Source: Phoronis australis
Lineage: Eukaryota; Animalia; Phoronida
NCBI GenBank assembly: GCA_002633005.1
Contig: NMRA01000038.1
Coordinates: 145,154-209,153 of the forward strand
Reading direction: 5' to 3'
Length of the DNA stretch: 64,000 nucleotides
The translations under genes and the position numbers were made by a program. Below the pieces are notes generated by a model. It saw only the letters and a list, made by a program, of their open reading frames with translations. It ran no database searches and was not told where the DNA came from. Positions 33,601 through 46,690 of this stretch are shown piece after piece (position 1 is the first letter of the stretch; each line of letters begins with the position of its first letter).

Positions 33601-36600
33601 ACAACTGCTGAGGTGTTGTGTGAAATATAATGTAAATTTTTGTAATTATGTTTTAGACTTTTCGCATTTTATTTATGCTTCGTTGTCGTCGATTATGTCC
33701 TGACTTTAAAAAGTAAGTTCTTGCAAAGAATAGAAGCAACGTCCCTGGTTGGTGATTAAGTTAGGTACGTGTCATATGATACCGTTTTTTCATATACTGG
33801 GTTCATGCATGCATACACAGACCAGTAATCGGGCAGCCTTATGTTAAATTCGTGGATCCGCCCCTGGTTTACAGTATAGTAATGGGTTTCAATAGCGTTT
33901 CAGCAGGTGCACGTGCACTAGTGTTACAAGTTCATTGGCAATCAATATATTGGAATATGATGCCTGTGGCGTGGAACACTTGACCGATTATAACACAATC
34001 CTCAACACACGCCTTCATCCGGGTAAATACATGTACAGGTACATGCAAGTAGCATAGAAACACCTGGCCGTTTGTATCGGATTCTCTTTCACAGCTCTCT
34101 TGAACAACTCATGTTTCATCAATTTTTCATTCGCCATCTCACTTTTTTATTTTATTTCATTCACACAAAAGACAAGACTGGTAGAACGTGACTTCTAGGA
34201 TGAAAAAAGCTACAGAAAATAAAATAAATGTTAACACGATATTGCTATTTCAGAGTAGAATAATAGTAAAATCTTCAATTGTCAAAATGCTGCATTAATG
34301 AGAGCATTTTCGCTTGACATTTTATAGTTGAACGGGTCTTACTAATGGATTTGGAGTGTTTCCTCATTTTTTGAAAATCTGGAATCAGTACTTCGTTCTG
34401 TTTTTTTTTTTTTTTTTTTTTTTACTTTCATTCTCGTTAATCCTTTTCTCACAAACAATCTTTTGTTTCTTGTGTGGTCTTTCTGAATCGTGGATATATA
34501 TTTCAAATCTTGTTGATACTCATGTCATTGCATCTGCATTGCTTGCCTCGTTTAGCTCCATCAAGTAAAGCGAACTTTTGAAATTTACATGCGGTTCAGT
34601 TCTACTGCCGCAGGGCGCATATTGTCCGTTTTTTGTGAGTAAAATGCTTTAAAATTTGACTTGGTTGAGGCATTCGCGACTTCCACTAATGTATCAAGTG
34701 AAGCATCCTGCATTCCTTTGTGATAACCAGAAAATTGTCGCGTTGCCTTTCAGGAAATAATCAATGTCTTTCAGCAAAATGTATTACCCGAGAAAGTGAT
34801 ATAATTAAAACGTGTTATATTTCGGAACATAGGCTGAAGCTATGCGTGTTTCTCACCCTTTCAGATTCAAATTTCATTAAATTTGCAAAGATAGCTACGG
34901 CGATAGCTGTCATTAAAACCAAGCCAACCTGCCAGACAGGTGAGGACTACGCCAGAGAGTTATGCACTAAATTCCGCGAAGATCAGTTAGAATTGGAGCG
35001 AAGAAATGAGGAACTGAGCCTGGAAATTCTTCGTCTGAGACGCAACCTTGTCACGTCCCGGTTACTTCAAGGTAATGTTTTGTTAACATGCTTGAACTTT
35101 GAGAGAAAGTTTTTCATGTAAAATGCTCGGTCGGACTTAATGAAGTGAAATGAAGAAGGGAAAGCCAGGTACCTAGATATTGGGTTGGCTGCTTCAACGG
35201 AGGCATTTTGCCACACCTGTCGAATGTTTCCTTTTGATAAAAAAGAGTCGATGTCACCTTGGGGAGCGTTTGGTGTACATTGCTTACGACCTCTTAAAGT
35301 TGCCAAGTCCATGTATTTTACAATTTTTGCTTGGTTTCAAATTATTTGGAAATGAAATTAAACACGATTTAAGGAATTTCACAGTTATCAAGAACACGTC
35401 GAGGTCACGGTCATTGGCATTTGATGCAAATTTTTCACAATTTTCTGTGGACACAGATTTAATTTTCTGCGATTATTGTTATGGTGTACAATACACAGCT
35501 TAGGGGATTTTTGTAGCCGTATTAAAGATCACAAATCGCTTCCATGTACAACACACAAAGTGCGTTTCAAGTTGAATTGTGACGTATTATTTGCCAAACT
35601 CGGGTCCAGCAACTTTAGCCTTGCCTGTACCGTCGAACGGATTTTGGTGGGAAAGTCGCAAGGTTAGCTGTGATGAACTCAATCTAGTTGAATTTTGGTT
35701 TTAAATATTAATTCACCGGAAGCTATGCAATTATCCAGTTTACACACCCTACACCACTCGACAAATATGGCGCGAAAATGATTAAGTCACTCCCAGGTGT
35801 AACTTAGTAAGCGGTGGCTGGTAATTACTCGCCTTGTCTGCGGGTTTGCGCCCACACTACGACTTGCGCTGGAGTTCGTTTTCCTATAGCCACACGTACA
35901 ACAAGTTAACCTACCTCGATAAGGTGGGGTAAGTTGTTACACGTGTGCCAAGTTGCCCCTACGCAAGCGGTGCCCGCAGTACTACTACTAAACCTAGCGA
36001 CAACGCGTTCCATGAGTAACTTGTTTGATGGTATGCTTGTGTGGACGACATATGCAAAAAAGAATTTCAATAACGTTTTATGCTACTTTTAATTTTTTCA
36101 GGAATATCCTTATTTTTATAGACCCTGATTCAAAATTCGAAAATTTTGAAAGCACTTCCGAACATCGCTCTTGAGAATAAAGCGTTTAGTATGATGTCTG
36201 AAATTTTTAACCGTTTCTGAGATATGGTGTTCCAAAGTTTTCCACATTTTACCATTTTTCAACGGTCCTACGTAACCTTCAGAATATTTGCGAATACAGT
36301 GAGGTCACCTTGCCTTGTGTCATTTAGAAGATCGCGATGTGTCGCCCAGAGAATCAAAGATGATTCTAACACCTCCATGTTCATCAGAGTTTCACCCAGA
36401 ACCGAAGAACGGATTGGACAGTTTGCTAAAGGAACACTGTCAGTTCTATCAAAGTATTCTCTGTATACAGGTTAGTTGTTATACCTGGTTCTTACGCTTT
36501 TCTGTTGTGAGCAATGTTTTAATGTCAAGAAAATTGTGAAGTTCAATTATCGGAATTGAGCCGAGCAAGGATCTGTCGACAGTTGTTATGTGTGTTTCTA

Positions 36601-39600
36601 TGTATATTCCGTCCATGTTGTCAGAGTTCCCAGAGGCGGATTCAGGGGGTTCAAGGGGGCCATGCCCCCCCTCCCTAAATTCTCCCATATATCATTTGGC
36701 AGTTCGGGGTGTGAATTACTGACTAGCATAAGCGCGCACCCAGGGGGGTCGGGGAGCGAATGCACAATGCATAGGCCTTGAACAAACACCGTTTACCGTT
36801 TTTTTTTTTAGTAATAAGGTCCACAAATCCAAAACTTTGAGACCCTGCATCCCTACATTTTAGGCTGGGCGCGCGCATGTGGCGAAATTCTGGTTATTCC
36901 TGTGCCCTGCCCAACCCCCCATAACTCAAAATCCTGGATCCGCCCATGGTTCCGTAAGATTATTCGTGGATTTCCGCTTTGCTTTTCATGTATACAAAAG
37001 GGTTGAATTGCCGAGTTAATCGCGGTTAACAGACAGCCCCGCTTTTTGCATCGGTTCAGTTTTTCAGTTAATAACTGAAGCTGCTACTTTTTATTACAGA
37101 AACTATGCCTTTTTAAAACCGTTTTTAAAAACTTGATAGACAGTCCCATGTCGCAAAGAAACCTCATTTCTTTCCAGCGCTTGACGCTCAGCTGGCTGCA
37201 TTCGGCGACCTGGCAAAAATCCCAGGTCGCCAAGTGAAATCATCGGCGCCAACGGCTGACGACCTGGTGTAGACCTCGAATTTTTCCCAGGGCGCCAAAC
37301 ACAATCTGAGGTTGCATTGGCGACCTGCAGGTCGCCAAATCGAGCGCTGCTATCAATGTTCAGTTGAGGGGTGTTATAAATAATTTTTTGGTTTTATGGC
37401 AGTTAGTATACAACCACTTTTCAGGATAATTTGGTATATGTCTTTGGTTTCTGAGAAAATTAAAAATAAAACTGAGCCAAACGTCAAAATGGAAAAGTTG
37501 TGAACTTTTCCAAAGTACATGTAGTCAATTCCTTCAACGAAAGCAACTTACGGTAGGGCAAATATACATGTACATGTACCCTCGTATATACCGACTCTGT
37601 AACCCGACCGATTCTATAAAAATTGCAACATGTGAGTTTTGAACAAAAGATAGTAGACAAAAGTAGTAATCTGCACAAAATGCGTGTGGTTTTGGGGGGA
37701 CTAACTGTTAAGTATTCCAACCAAATTCCTTTCATAAAAGTAAACAGAAAATCTGGACGCTGTGATGAGCGTGTAATACAAAATCATAGAGCTAAAACGG
37801 CATTAAATCCGTGCTTTTTGTCAAAAAAAAACGGTTTGTATTTAGACTGCTTAGATTATCGATATAAAATTAGTCTTGAATTTGGTTGGAATGTTTGAAC
37901 AGTATGTCCCCCAATAACCACACATATTTTGTTATCAGTGCCAGTATTTGTCTCTTCAGGGAGCATGTGATCAAGTCGAGAGCGCGGTTGGGTTTAGCTT
38001 GACCGAAACAACCCTAGTTACATGCTGTTTCAGTTTGAAACGCATAAGACAATACCTTCTAAATCAACTTGGCGCGTCATCCAACTTGACTAACATAGCA
38101 AATGTGCTAGCGACCGTTGTAAGACTGGTTCAAAAGTTACCAACACTCCAAAAAGAAAGGCTATGCCAAGAAGTGATGATTTTGGTGGAGGAGGTCGGCA
38201 ACTGTATTGTGAAGAATAAGGACACTAATATGGTGAGAATATTCATTTCTTTATCAAAATGTAATAGGCTAGTAAAAGTTTGGGCTGATAGTTTGACTAT
38301 TTTGTAGCGTCTTTTCCTTTCACGTTGTGAACATTGCGTATTGGTCAAAGGATATAGTCGCGTTAGATCTGTGTAAGGTGTTCCGCGACTATGCGTGTTG
38401 GAATGTGCTGCCATCTTGTGGTCAAAGCAACAGTAATTACATTTCCTGTACATACTTGAGGATTGGGACGCATTGAAACACTTCTCTATTTACATAATTC
38501 CGCCATCATACACAATACGAACGCTATATTTGGGTATGTTGTCCAGAAAATTTTGCTCCTAAAGGATGAAAAATGAGAAAACGTGATGAGAATTGAGGTA
38601 GCGGAGACAATTCATGTTTATGTACAGTCGAATATCATGTTGCTGTATTTGCTCTTCAAGTCTTGGATTTGATTTTCTGAAAATTCTTCCTATACTGTCT
38701 TAGCGCATTGTCTGCCAGACGAAGCAGACTTTCTTGTTGTCCTTAAATATTCTATTCATACTAGAAATATCTTCAGATGCTGTAAATAATAAATCAAATT
38801 GCGATGTTTAATGAAATGTGCAAATGTAATCGCTACTCTGTTGTCGGCCAATCATTAATTCCTAGAATTGACATCTTTGTCAAAAACTTAAGTGGTTCAG
38901 AATAATTGCTTGCATTGCCAACATTTGAAGTGGTAACAATGTTGCTAACATGATAGATGCTCTGTGATTTTGTTCAAACGTGATAATTGTCTTTGCAGCG
39001 TAATACCTTGAATGACTTGACCCGGCTGCTGGTTACGCTGTCTGAAGTACCCACACTTCGAGGAAAGATCCTTTGCTATTTGGTGCAACAAATTCGAGAT
39101 TTTTCCCATGTACTGAGAATACCTGACTCTGATGAAGTGGACACTTTTGCGTGGAGTTTCGAAAACATTTTCTATATTTTTCAAACGTGCGAACATATTT
39201 TAACTGACGAAATTAACCTTACTGATGGAAAAAGCCATGGGATTAGAAATAGCAAGTCGGTTGAAATTCTGACAAATATTTCCGAGGGCGAAGAAATGGC
39301 AAAAAGTGTAAAAGATCGTGAAGATCACAGCGACGACTCAATTCGACGACTCGGCTCAAATGTACGTGATTCCCAGGCCTCGCGAATTCACATCGCTGCA
39401 ACATCGTGTTCGGCGGGCGAGAAAAAAACGCTGCCATCCATTGATGAAAGCAGAGGTAGATTTACCAATGGTATGGAACTTGAGAGGAATCAAGGAATCG
39501 ATGATAACGAAAAGCAACTAGTAAACGAAATGTTGGAGAGTTCGCAGCTGCATCTCTCTAAGCGTTTTCCGTTGTTTACTCACTACGTCTGGAGGCTGTC

Positions 39601-39625
39601 CGCGTTGTTGAACTGCCTATGTTAG
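27660..39625 (+). CDS. MEI4: MEI4-like meiotic double-strand-break protein; whole CDS span, 5 coding exons, about 421 aa
   Basis: N-terminal KIATAIAVIKTKP...EDYAREL and EILRLRRNLVTSRL, and C-terminal FENIFYIFQTCEHIL and LSKRFPLFTHYVWRL, match remembered MEI4/Rec24 signature motifs. GT-AG phases are consistent. Confidence 0.85.
32613..32956. mobile_element. TTAA-flanked MITE (Kolobok-like)
   Basis: TTAA-AATTCCACTTTGCCCTGTTTAGCTGG...TCAGCTAAACAGGGCGAATTGCAGCT-TTAA. Confidence 0.6.
34865..35071 (+). CDS. MEI4: MEI4 coding exon 2: SNFIKFAKIATAIAVIKTKP...LVTSRLLQ
   Basis: ctttcag and gtaatg boundaries, 207 nt, N-terminal signature helices. Confidence 0.88.
36328..36470 (+). CDS. MEI4: MEI4 coding exon 3: DRDVSPRESKMILTPP...HCQFYQSILCIQ
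   Basis: tag acceptor (NAGNAG) and gttagt donor; phases fit neighbouring exons. Confidence 0.7.
36631..36948. mobile_element. MITE of the CAGTGGCGGATC-TIR family with 5-bp TSD (GTTCC)
   Basis: CAGAGGCGGATTCAGG...CCTGGATCCGCCCATG, flanked on both sides by GTTCC. Confidence 0.78.
37175..37349. mobile_element. Short hAT-like MITE with internal GGCGAC/GTCGCC motifs
   Basis: CAGCGCTTGA...TCGAGCGCTG ends and several GGCGACC subterminal motifs in both orientations. No TSD seen. Confidence 0.5.
37960..38232 (+). CDS. MEI4: MEI4 coding exon 4: GACDQVESAVG...KNKDTNM
   Basis: ttcag and gtgaga boundaries, 273 nt, phase 0/0, helical composition. Confidence 0.78.
38999..39625 (+). CDS. MEI4: MEI4 coding exon 5 (last): RNTLNDLTRLL...FPLFTHYVWRLSALLNCLC*
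   Basis: ttgcag acceptor, TAG stop, AATAAA about 110 nt downstream, C-terminal MEI4 motifs. Confidence 0.88.
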   Translation, partial: RNTLNDLTRLLVTLSEVPTLRGKILCYLVQQIRDFSHVLRIPDSDEVDTFAWSFENIFYIFQTCEHILTDEINLTDGKSHGIRNSKSVEILTNISEGEEMAKSVKDREDHSDDSIRRLGSNVRDSQASRIHIAATSCSAGEKKTLPSIDESRGRFTNGMELERNQGIDDNEKQLVNEMLESSQLHLSKRFPLFTHYVWRLSALLNCLC

Positions 39626-41788
39626 CCCACGGGAATGTTAACTGTAATTGCAACTCATTCCGCAAAAATGCATTATTTTAAAGCAAGAAAGATGAGCAGT
39701 TTTGTTAGATTACAAACCGTAAGTAGAGAATGGGATAATAAAATTGTCTGGTTTGTTATTGCTGGCGGGTTCATTTCGAGACGCCACTCTCATTCACGAC
39801 TGAGTTATTGATTTCGGTATGGAAAAAGATGAAAAAGTAAATACCTGTCAACGGAAAGCTTCATTTGATTAAGGCAACCCTTGATCATTACGAAACTGCG
39901 CGTAACAATTTTTGATGTATTTTTGCCAGCCACTTTGTGTGTTATCGCTATTTCAGTTGCCAGTAGATAACCAGTGTTACTATACTTTGGCAACAGTCCT
40001 TCATTAACACACGCTTGCGTTGCAAGCCTGATCAGATGTATTACGTATAATCTTCAGTCCATTGCGCCTCCGCCTTGCATGTAACATAGCCCCAATAGAG
40101 ATTCAACTGTGTTCTCTAAATTAGTGAGTAAATAACGTCTACAACTGCGCTGAAAATTAAGGTGGGTCTCTACTGGGACTGTTTCTTAAAGTCGGACAGC
40201 CACAACTGTCGGAATGTACTTTTTTAAAAATCTTCGGTTACGACGACGAATGGCAACGCCGTTATAATTGAGAATTGCTAGAGTGTGATAAACTTACAAT
40301 TGTTCGTAATAAAATATACATGCGTCGTGTCAAGTGTTAAAAAATATGTTTCATTAGATGGTCTAATCTTAAAGGTGTCTTTTTCGTGCTTCAGTGGTCG
40401 ATGTGTTATCTATCGTTAATTTTTTTCAAAAGACAACCGACTCTTGCAAATTTTTAAAAAATCACGAAAGTTTTGGCGGGTGATGAAGAACCTGCTGCTC
40501 AAGAATGCTAAGAATACTTCTTTGGCTTACTTTATAATGCACTACCTTAGTAAGCATTTCCTTTTAAGGTGAATCGCAGTGGCGAATTTATGAGGGAAGG
40601 GGGCCATGGACGCGACAGTATATGCAAAACGGCGAAACTATCGCTTGGTGATGAATGTAAAACTAGCGCGTGGCTATGAACATACACGTATGCCATCAAC
40701 GCATTAATATTAACTGCGGGTTTGTTTTGACAGGGAATATTTTCATTTATAGAATGTGGGTAGGTCTGGTGGCATAAGTTTACACATATGACCGTACGAT
40801 AAAATTCAAATTTTGACTGTATGCCCTAAAATAGTTAAACATTGCTTGACTGCAAAATAGATGCTATCAGAGATTACGCAAAGTTGACGTGATTGTTCAG
40901 GCGTTTAGGTGTCTGTGACGGGTGTGGATTGGTGTCAAGACATTGTGCTTGGACTCGCAGAATTAAGTTTCTCGCAAAAACCAGCGTTGTACCAATGAGT
41001 CCATCTATTTGCAAAAAAAAATTCAATTGTGACGAGTTCACCGTCGTTTTCAATTTCCGCTCATTTAATGAGAATACAGTCCGTACCTGTACACATTTCA
41101 TTATCCCACCCAAGATGAGTCTGTTATATTCTCTCCCCAAGCGAAGCTAGACTTTTTGTTTTCACTAGACATTACAAATAGTTGTAGACTCGTAGTCACC
41201 AAGTAAAATTAGTGTGAAAAATAAAGCCTTTTAAGTCTTTGCTTTGCACGCTAATCCCACGTTTCAGATATTGCGAATCTGTAAAGCCGACAAAGAGGCT
41301 GATTCAAAACAGTGAAGCACAATGTACTGGTGTCGCTTTGTACAACTCACAAAATGATTTCACAAAATTATATAAAAATATGTTCAAATTTTCAATGCTG
41401 TCTACGAGGGTACATTTCTCATCTCAGAAATTTGCCTCTTGAGAGTCCATTCTTAGTTACCGTCCTTCTTTCCCAGAATGCCTTAGCACGGCTTAATTAT
41501 GTCCTGTAGATCCGCGAACGTGTACTTCCTAACATATCCTTCCGACAATAATCCCTGCGGGACACTTGGTCACTTTACACAGGAAATTAGTAAGATGACA
41601 CCCACCAGGAGCCTCGTCTCGGAACAATTTTTTTACATCTGCTTCGTAATCCAACTTGTGTGTATTATCTTACTTAGATCCAGTCCGATGATTTCCATAT
41701 GCGGTATTTTCAGTCGAAATACCTGACATAATCTTATACTATTCTGGGCATCAAATTCAATGCCATTCTATTTTTATTAACTGGCGTG

Positions 41789-41929
41789 CGTTCAGTAGAC
41801 GCTAGGACCTATGCTATAACCTACCTAAAACCTAGTCAAAGTCACGTGTTCTCATTTAGAATGCACGGCAATATCCCACGTAATCTCGCGAAGTCTTGCT
41901 TTTTAGCGAGGTCCTAGCGTTACTGAACG
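41789..41929. repeat. Short inverted-repeat element, about 140 bp
   Basis: CGTTCAGTAGACGCTAGGACCT...AGGTCCTAGCGTTACTGAACG. Confidence 0.65.
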
Positions 41930-43885
41930 GGAGGCTGGGCTTAATTTCTCTTGCATCCTTTTCCCGTCTATAGTCTCTTTGTCGAGCTGTTAATGAACGG
42001 GCTCACAAACATCATCAGCAGTTCTTGGTGAGCTGATTTGTGATCTCGCCACCTAGAGGCGCGGCAACAGACGCCTCCGGTAATACTTGATGGCTTCAGG
42101 CATTTACAATTTTGATACTTCGATACCATGCGCGCATCGAACGAGCCCCCCAATTTGGCGAATTGGGCAAAAAGGTCCGCCTTTGAGAAACAGACACTCC
42201 GTAAAAAGTAGAAGACGAGACAAAAGTCCACTAAAATGCTAGGAACTATCAAAATTCGGATAATGCACAATTCATAACACTGAATCTTAGTAAAAGGTCT
42301 ACATTCTCAAAAATTCTAGCCCCTCCAATTTTAGACTGGGTGATCCCCTGGATATTGGGCGCTTATTTGGAAATTTTCTGTGTCAATTAAATTTTATTCC
42401 AGCAGCTGATCTAAATCGTGAATTTCAGTGTATTCTTTTCTAATGCTGGCATCACACAGTCTTGTTCAATGCAATTTTCGGATTTGTCGTAAGGGTAATA
42501 AAGCCACTTATCTATTTAGCCTAACTAACTATTAGATTACATCCGCTAGTACTGTAGAACCGAAAGAGTAATTCTAAACTCAAATCATGTCACTCTGAAT
42601 TACCGATAATGATTGTCGTGAATTTACACACAAGGACATGGCGTAATTGATGTGAGGATGCCGTCTTCCTGTTACCGGATGTGCAAGTGGTCCCCCTGAA
42701 CTTTCACCGGCTAGAAATTCTACAGCGGCAGCAATTTTTGGAGTCAAGTTGTTCCAGTACAACAGTTCATGCATGTTTTTGCCTCACTAGAAAAAATGCA
42801 CAAATTGACCCAAGTGGCCGAAACGCTAGCGTCTTTGCTAGCATTTTCGCTACCAACAAAAATGTCATTGTTGAGAACGGTTGCTAACGTCACGTTTTCT
42901 GATTCTACCTTTTCCATAATGCCTGGTTTTGACACCACACGAGGGCGTTGTGATGGAAAGTGTACTGGCTCTGACAGGTTACTCGAGTAACCTCAAGAAT
43001 ACCGCACGTTTTACCCAGAGCGCATACTTCAAAACGCACATGCGCACAGGATAGAGACCTTTGTTTATTGTTGCGTTTAATCAATCATTACAGTGAGCAG
43101 AAACGTCTACCTGTTGATTTGCGCGCATTTGATACGATTTTATTAGCAAAATACGTTTATACGACCAGTTGCTAGGATACATGTAGCGAAACGGGATATG
43201 AAATTAATTTTCGCTTTAAAAGCAATTCGAGTGTCTGAAGGAAAAAAAATGGCTGTTGGGGGAAAATTGTCATGAGGACTGCACATCTGATGCTTGTATT
43301 TTAAAAGGCTGATTTGTTTTTGCCACTCATGTGAACCAAGTGACGGACAGTACAGTCGGAAGTTCGGCCCAAGTCATTACAGCATATGTACACGCTTTTC
43401 TAGACTCTCGAAGGTCAGCGCGGGAAATTCACTGGAAACAAGTCTTTAGAATCGTTTGACCAATGCGATAAGCCGGGTTGATCCTCCAAATAATTTAAAA
43501 TATTTCACTCAATGAGAAAACGTTTGAACAAGATTGATTTAAGTGCCAAGAATCCAACTGAACAAAAAATGAATTTAGTTTCGGGGCTGCATTGACCTAA
43601 ACTTGTCGACATCAAACAATAAATTTGTCGCAAATTTGAAGCTGGTTGGAACTTGTAAACGAAACTAATGACAAATGACCCAGATTAGTTATAAGCCAAT
43701 GAGCTCCATATGCCATTTGACTGTGACATGAGTCGATTGAGTTACGACATTTAGACATTCTAAATAATACCCATTGGCAAATTAATGGAAAATCAACGAT
43801 ATTCCACACATGGACCCTGTAAGAGAGAAACGTAGACACAACCTTGTACATATATAAGTTCGTAGAGGGATAAGAGAAATCTTAA

Positions 43886-44860
43886 AGTGTACACAACATG
43901 ACTCTAGTACCTCAAAATAAATTTTATTATTATATCTTACTTGATTTCAGTGCCTTTAGTGCACAGCTCATAAAGAAACACGCAAAAATTGAAAAAAAAA
44001 TAATAATTATGTACGACGTCATGGGTTGAACCCAAGTCGTTCGCCATACTGTTCGGATCAGAGACAAAGACTGTTAATGTATAGAGTGAAGAGAAAGCAA
44101 AGTACGTTTAGCGTCAAGAAGGTTCGTAGAGGGATCAAAAGATGTGTTTCCGGAGCATGCAGCAACAACAGCCAGGCGGAAAACGTCTCGGTGTTCCGAA
44201 GGACACCAAAGTTGCGCAGAAGAGGCATGGCTTCGTGCGCCGAACGAGAGTGTGGGACGTCATCGTGGACCAAGCGATTCGGTCCGGGGCCACTCTGTGT
44301 TCTGCCGGCCCATTTTGAGGACTCGTGTTTCGACTCCAGTCACAGGAGACGTTACGATGAAGGCCTGGTTCAATAAAGGACAATATTTATCATTCAGAAA
44401 CATCAGCTTTTAATTCAGGATCGTCTGTTGGATGACTGGGTTGACTCGCCGAGCCCGAGGCGGCTTCTCTCCCGGGAGGATCCAGTTCATAAGGCTCAAA
44501 GTAGAAAAGTACGCAGCCGGAAGCACATTAAACTTGTTCTCGCTTTCGTGCAACCCCATTTCCTCATCCTGGCCACCATTCCCGTACGTTTCTTCATAGT
44601 ATTCGTTCAATTCTTGCTCATAATCATCGTCACTTTCAAATTCCCTGGTCTCCGCCATTGTTCAATGCTAGTCACTGATCTCTTGTGTTCAACCCTTGAC
44701 GTCACTGGGCGGGAAATGTGAAAATTGGCAAAATTGAAAGAAGAATCAAAATTTCGAGCTAATTACGCAAAATAAACATGGGTTTAGCTAAATTTTACGT
44801 CATACATTTAGTCTGTGGCCACCGGTAATTCAAAATGTGCAAAAATCCATGGTGTGTACT
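43886..44860. mobile_element. Internally deleted KolobokP-like DNA transposon: degenerate THAP on plus, acidic FEPY N-terminus of a second ORF on minus
   Basis: Left end TTAA-AGTGTACACAACATG; partial inverse CATGGTGTGTAC at 44848-44859. Plus-strand KRCVSGACSN...AHFEDSCF is THAP C2CH-like (44138-44376). It converges on minus-strand MAETREFESDDDYEQE...YFEPYELDP...ADVSE (44658-44395, frameshifted). Confidence 0.55.
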
Positions 44861-46690
44861 GTCCGGTCCAATTGATGTATACGACTGTTGTAGGGTGTAA
44901 TGGGGTAAGACACCGTTTAAGAATAGACGCCAGTGTCTCCTGCTACAGACAGAAGTTCAACTTTTGGGTTTTTTTAAAACGTAGGAATCAAGTCAATAAT
45001 AATAGTATCTCATTTATAACACTTTATTTTGTTTAAATTGGATAGGGTTATAACAATGTTCTAAAAATGTACTTCACAACAAACAAAGATTTATGTGAAA
45101 ATTATCGTTAATCGAGGAAAAACAGTTCAGTGTATGCAAGAAAGTTTGAATAGTCTATTAATAAGCGATTGTTTACTACACGAACGGAAATTGAGAGATC
45201 AAAATTGCAAATTCAGCAAAGTAAAAGACCACAAGAGCCTGATTATAAAACAACGACCTTGATGTTATGAAGCATCGCAGGACCAAAATCTTTATTGCTC
45301 ATCGCATCAGTGTTGCATAGAAAATTAAGGTTTGTGGATTACTTTTATGGATTTTTTTGTTAAGTACGTCCTGGAATTACAAAATTTGGCATCAGTTCGA
45401 ACCACGACACTCAGTTTGTTAGTTCGAGGTATCAGTTAAAGGAAAATTTTATCGCAGCTATAACAATTATGTATGGCAAATTTCATTTTAAGATAGCACA
45501 GTCTTTGCGGTATGGTTGCATTAAAAGATTTTCCTGTTGTGTTATACTCCAAGAAATCCCCTTTAGACACTGATCTGCAAATTTAAAAGTAGAAACATGT
45601 AGGTATTGATGGCTTCTTCATAACAAATTTTAACACCCTAGGCTAATAAATGTTGAAATCACAAGAAACTATGTCTTTAAATTCATAGCTTAATAAGCAC
45701 AAAGATATAATCAACAGAGCTATTCTTTGCTGCGTTGTTTCATGGGGGAAATTTTGAAGCAAAGACCGCCTCGTTTCAAAACCTTTTAACTTCACTTAGA
45801 TCCTAAATGACAGCCCCTAATTTGCGGAAAGTACTGGCATACTTGCCGTGTGCGTACATGTTGATTTATCATAGATTTTTGTTTCTTTAAACCGGACTTG
45901 ACCTAATCTTTCATCAATTAGAAAAATGGAAATTATAGTGACGGAAATTGGTGACAGTAAAGGAATTATTGGATCGGTATTTCGACTGCATGACATCGGT
46001 TAGGTTTTGTAGAAGCCTAGTCGCCACAAGGTATGTTTTACAAGGTTTGTAGGCCGCCGTCTCGTTTTCAACGTGTTTTGCATCATCTGCTAATGCAAAC
46101 GAGGAAAACGCGGGGCGTTGAAATGCGCCCACCACTGTAGCACTAACGGTATGCTTCTAGGGGTGTTTGTTAGTATCATTAAAATAGTCCGATCCGTCCA
46201 TCTGTTGTCGAGTTAATTGTTTAACATCCAAAAATTATTGCAAGGCGGTTTAGGAATACAGACACCAATACGAAAATGTCACTTGTGGACTCCGCAGTAG
46301 TCTAGCAATTTCCAGAACGATCCTTTGAGCCGTTTGCCGTACACAGAGACAGACAACTCGGCAAAATGGCTACTAAGTGACGCAGAACACCTCGAATCCA
46401 TTCTGAAATGGAAAGCTGCTGTCGTGTTCGTAATAGAAATTGTTTGCCAAATTTTACGGAAAACTGTCGAAGACCACTGAAGATACAGAGGTAAATGTAA
46501 AAACTTAAAAATTGCCACTGCATAATTTTCAGCCAATTTTTGTTCTAACCATATCAATTTTGTAAAAGAAACAGCTTTTTGTGCACTTAAAGCAATGTAG
46601 TTTAAACATACATGTATCTATATAAAATACATATGTCTATTCTCGTTTAGCTCCGTTGACTTTAGGCATGGCATTTTTAATACATATACA

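Noticed and set aside
39129-39172. CTGATGA...GAAA hammerhead-like match
   Set aside because: Lies inside MEI4 coding sequence and has no convincing stems.
42580-42990. Overlapping 64-73 aa ORFs near promoter-like motifs
   Set aside because: No recognisable homology and no supportable exon chain.
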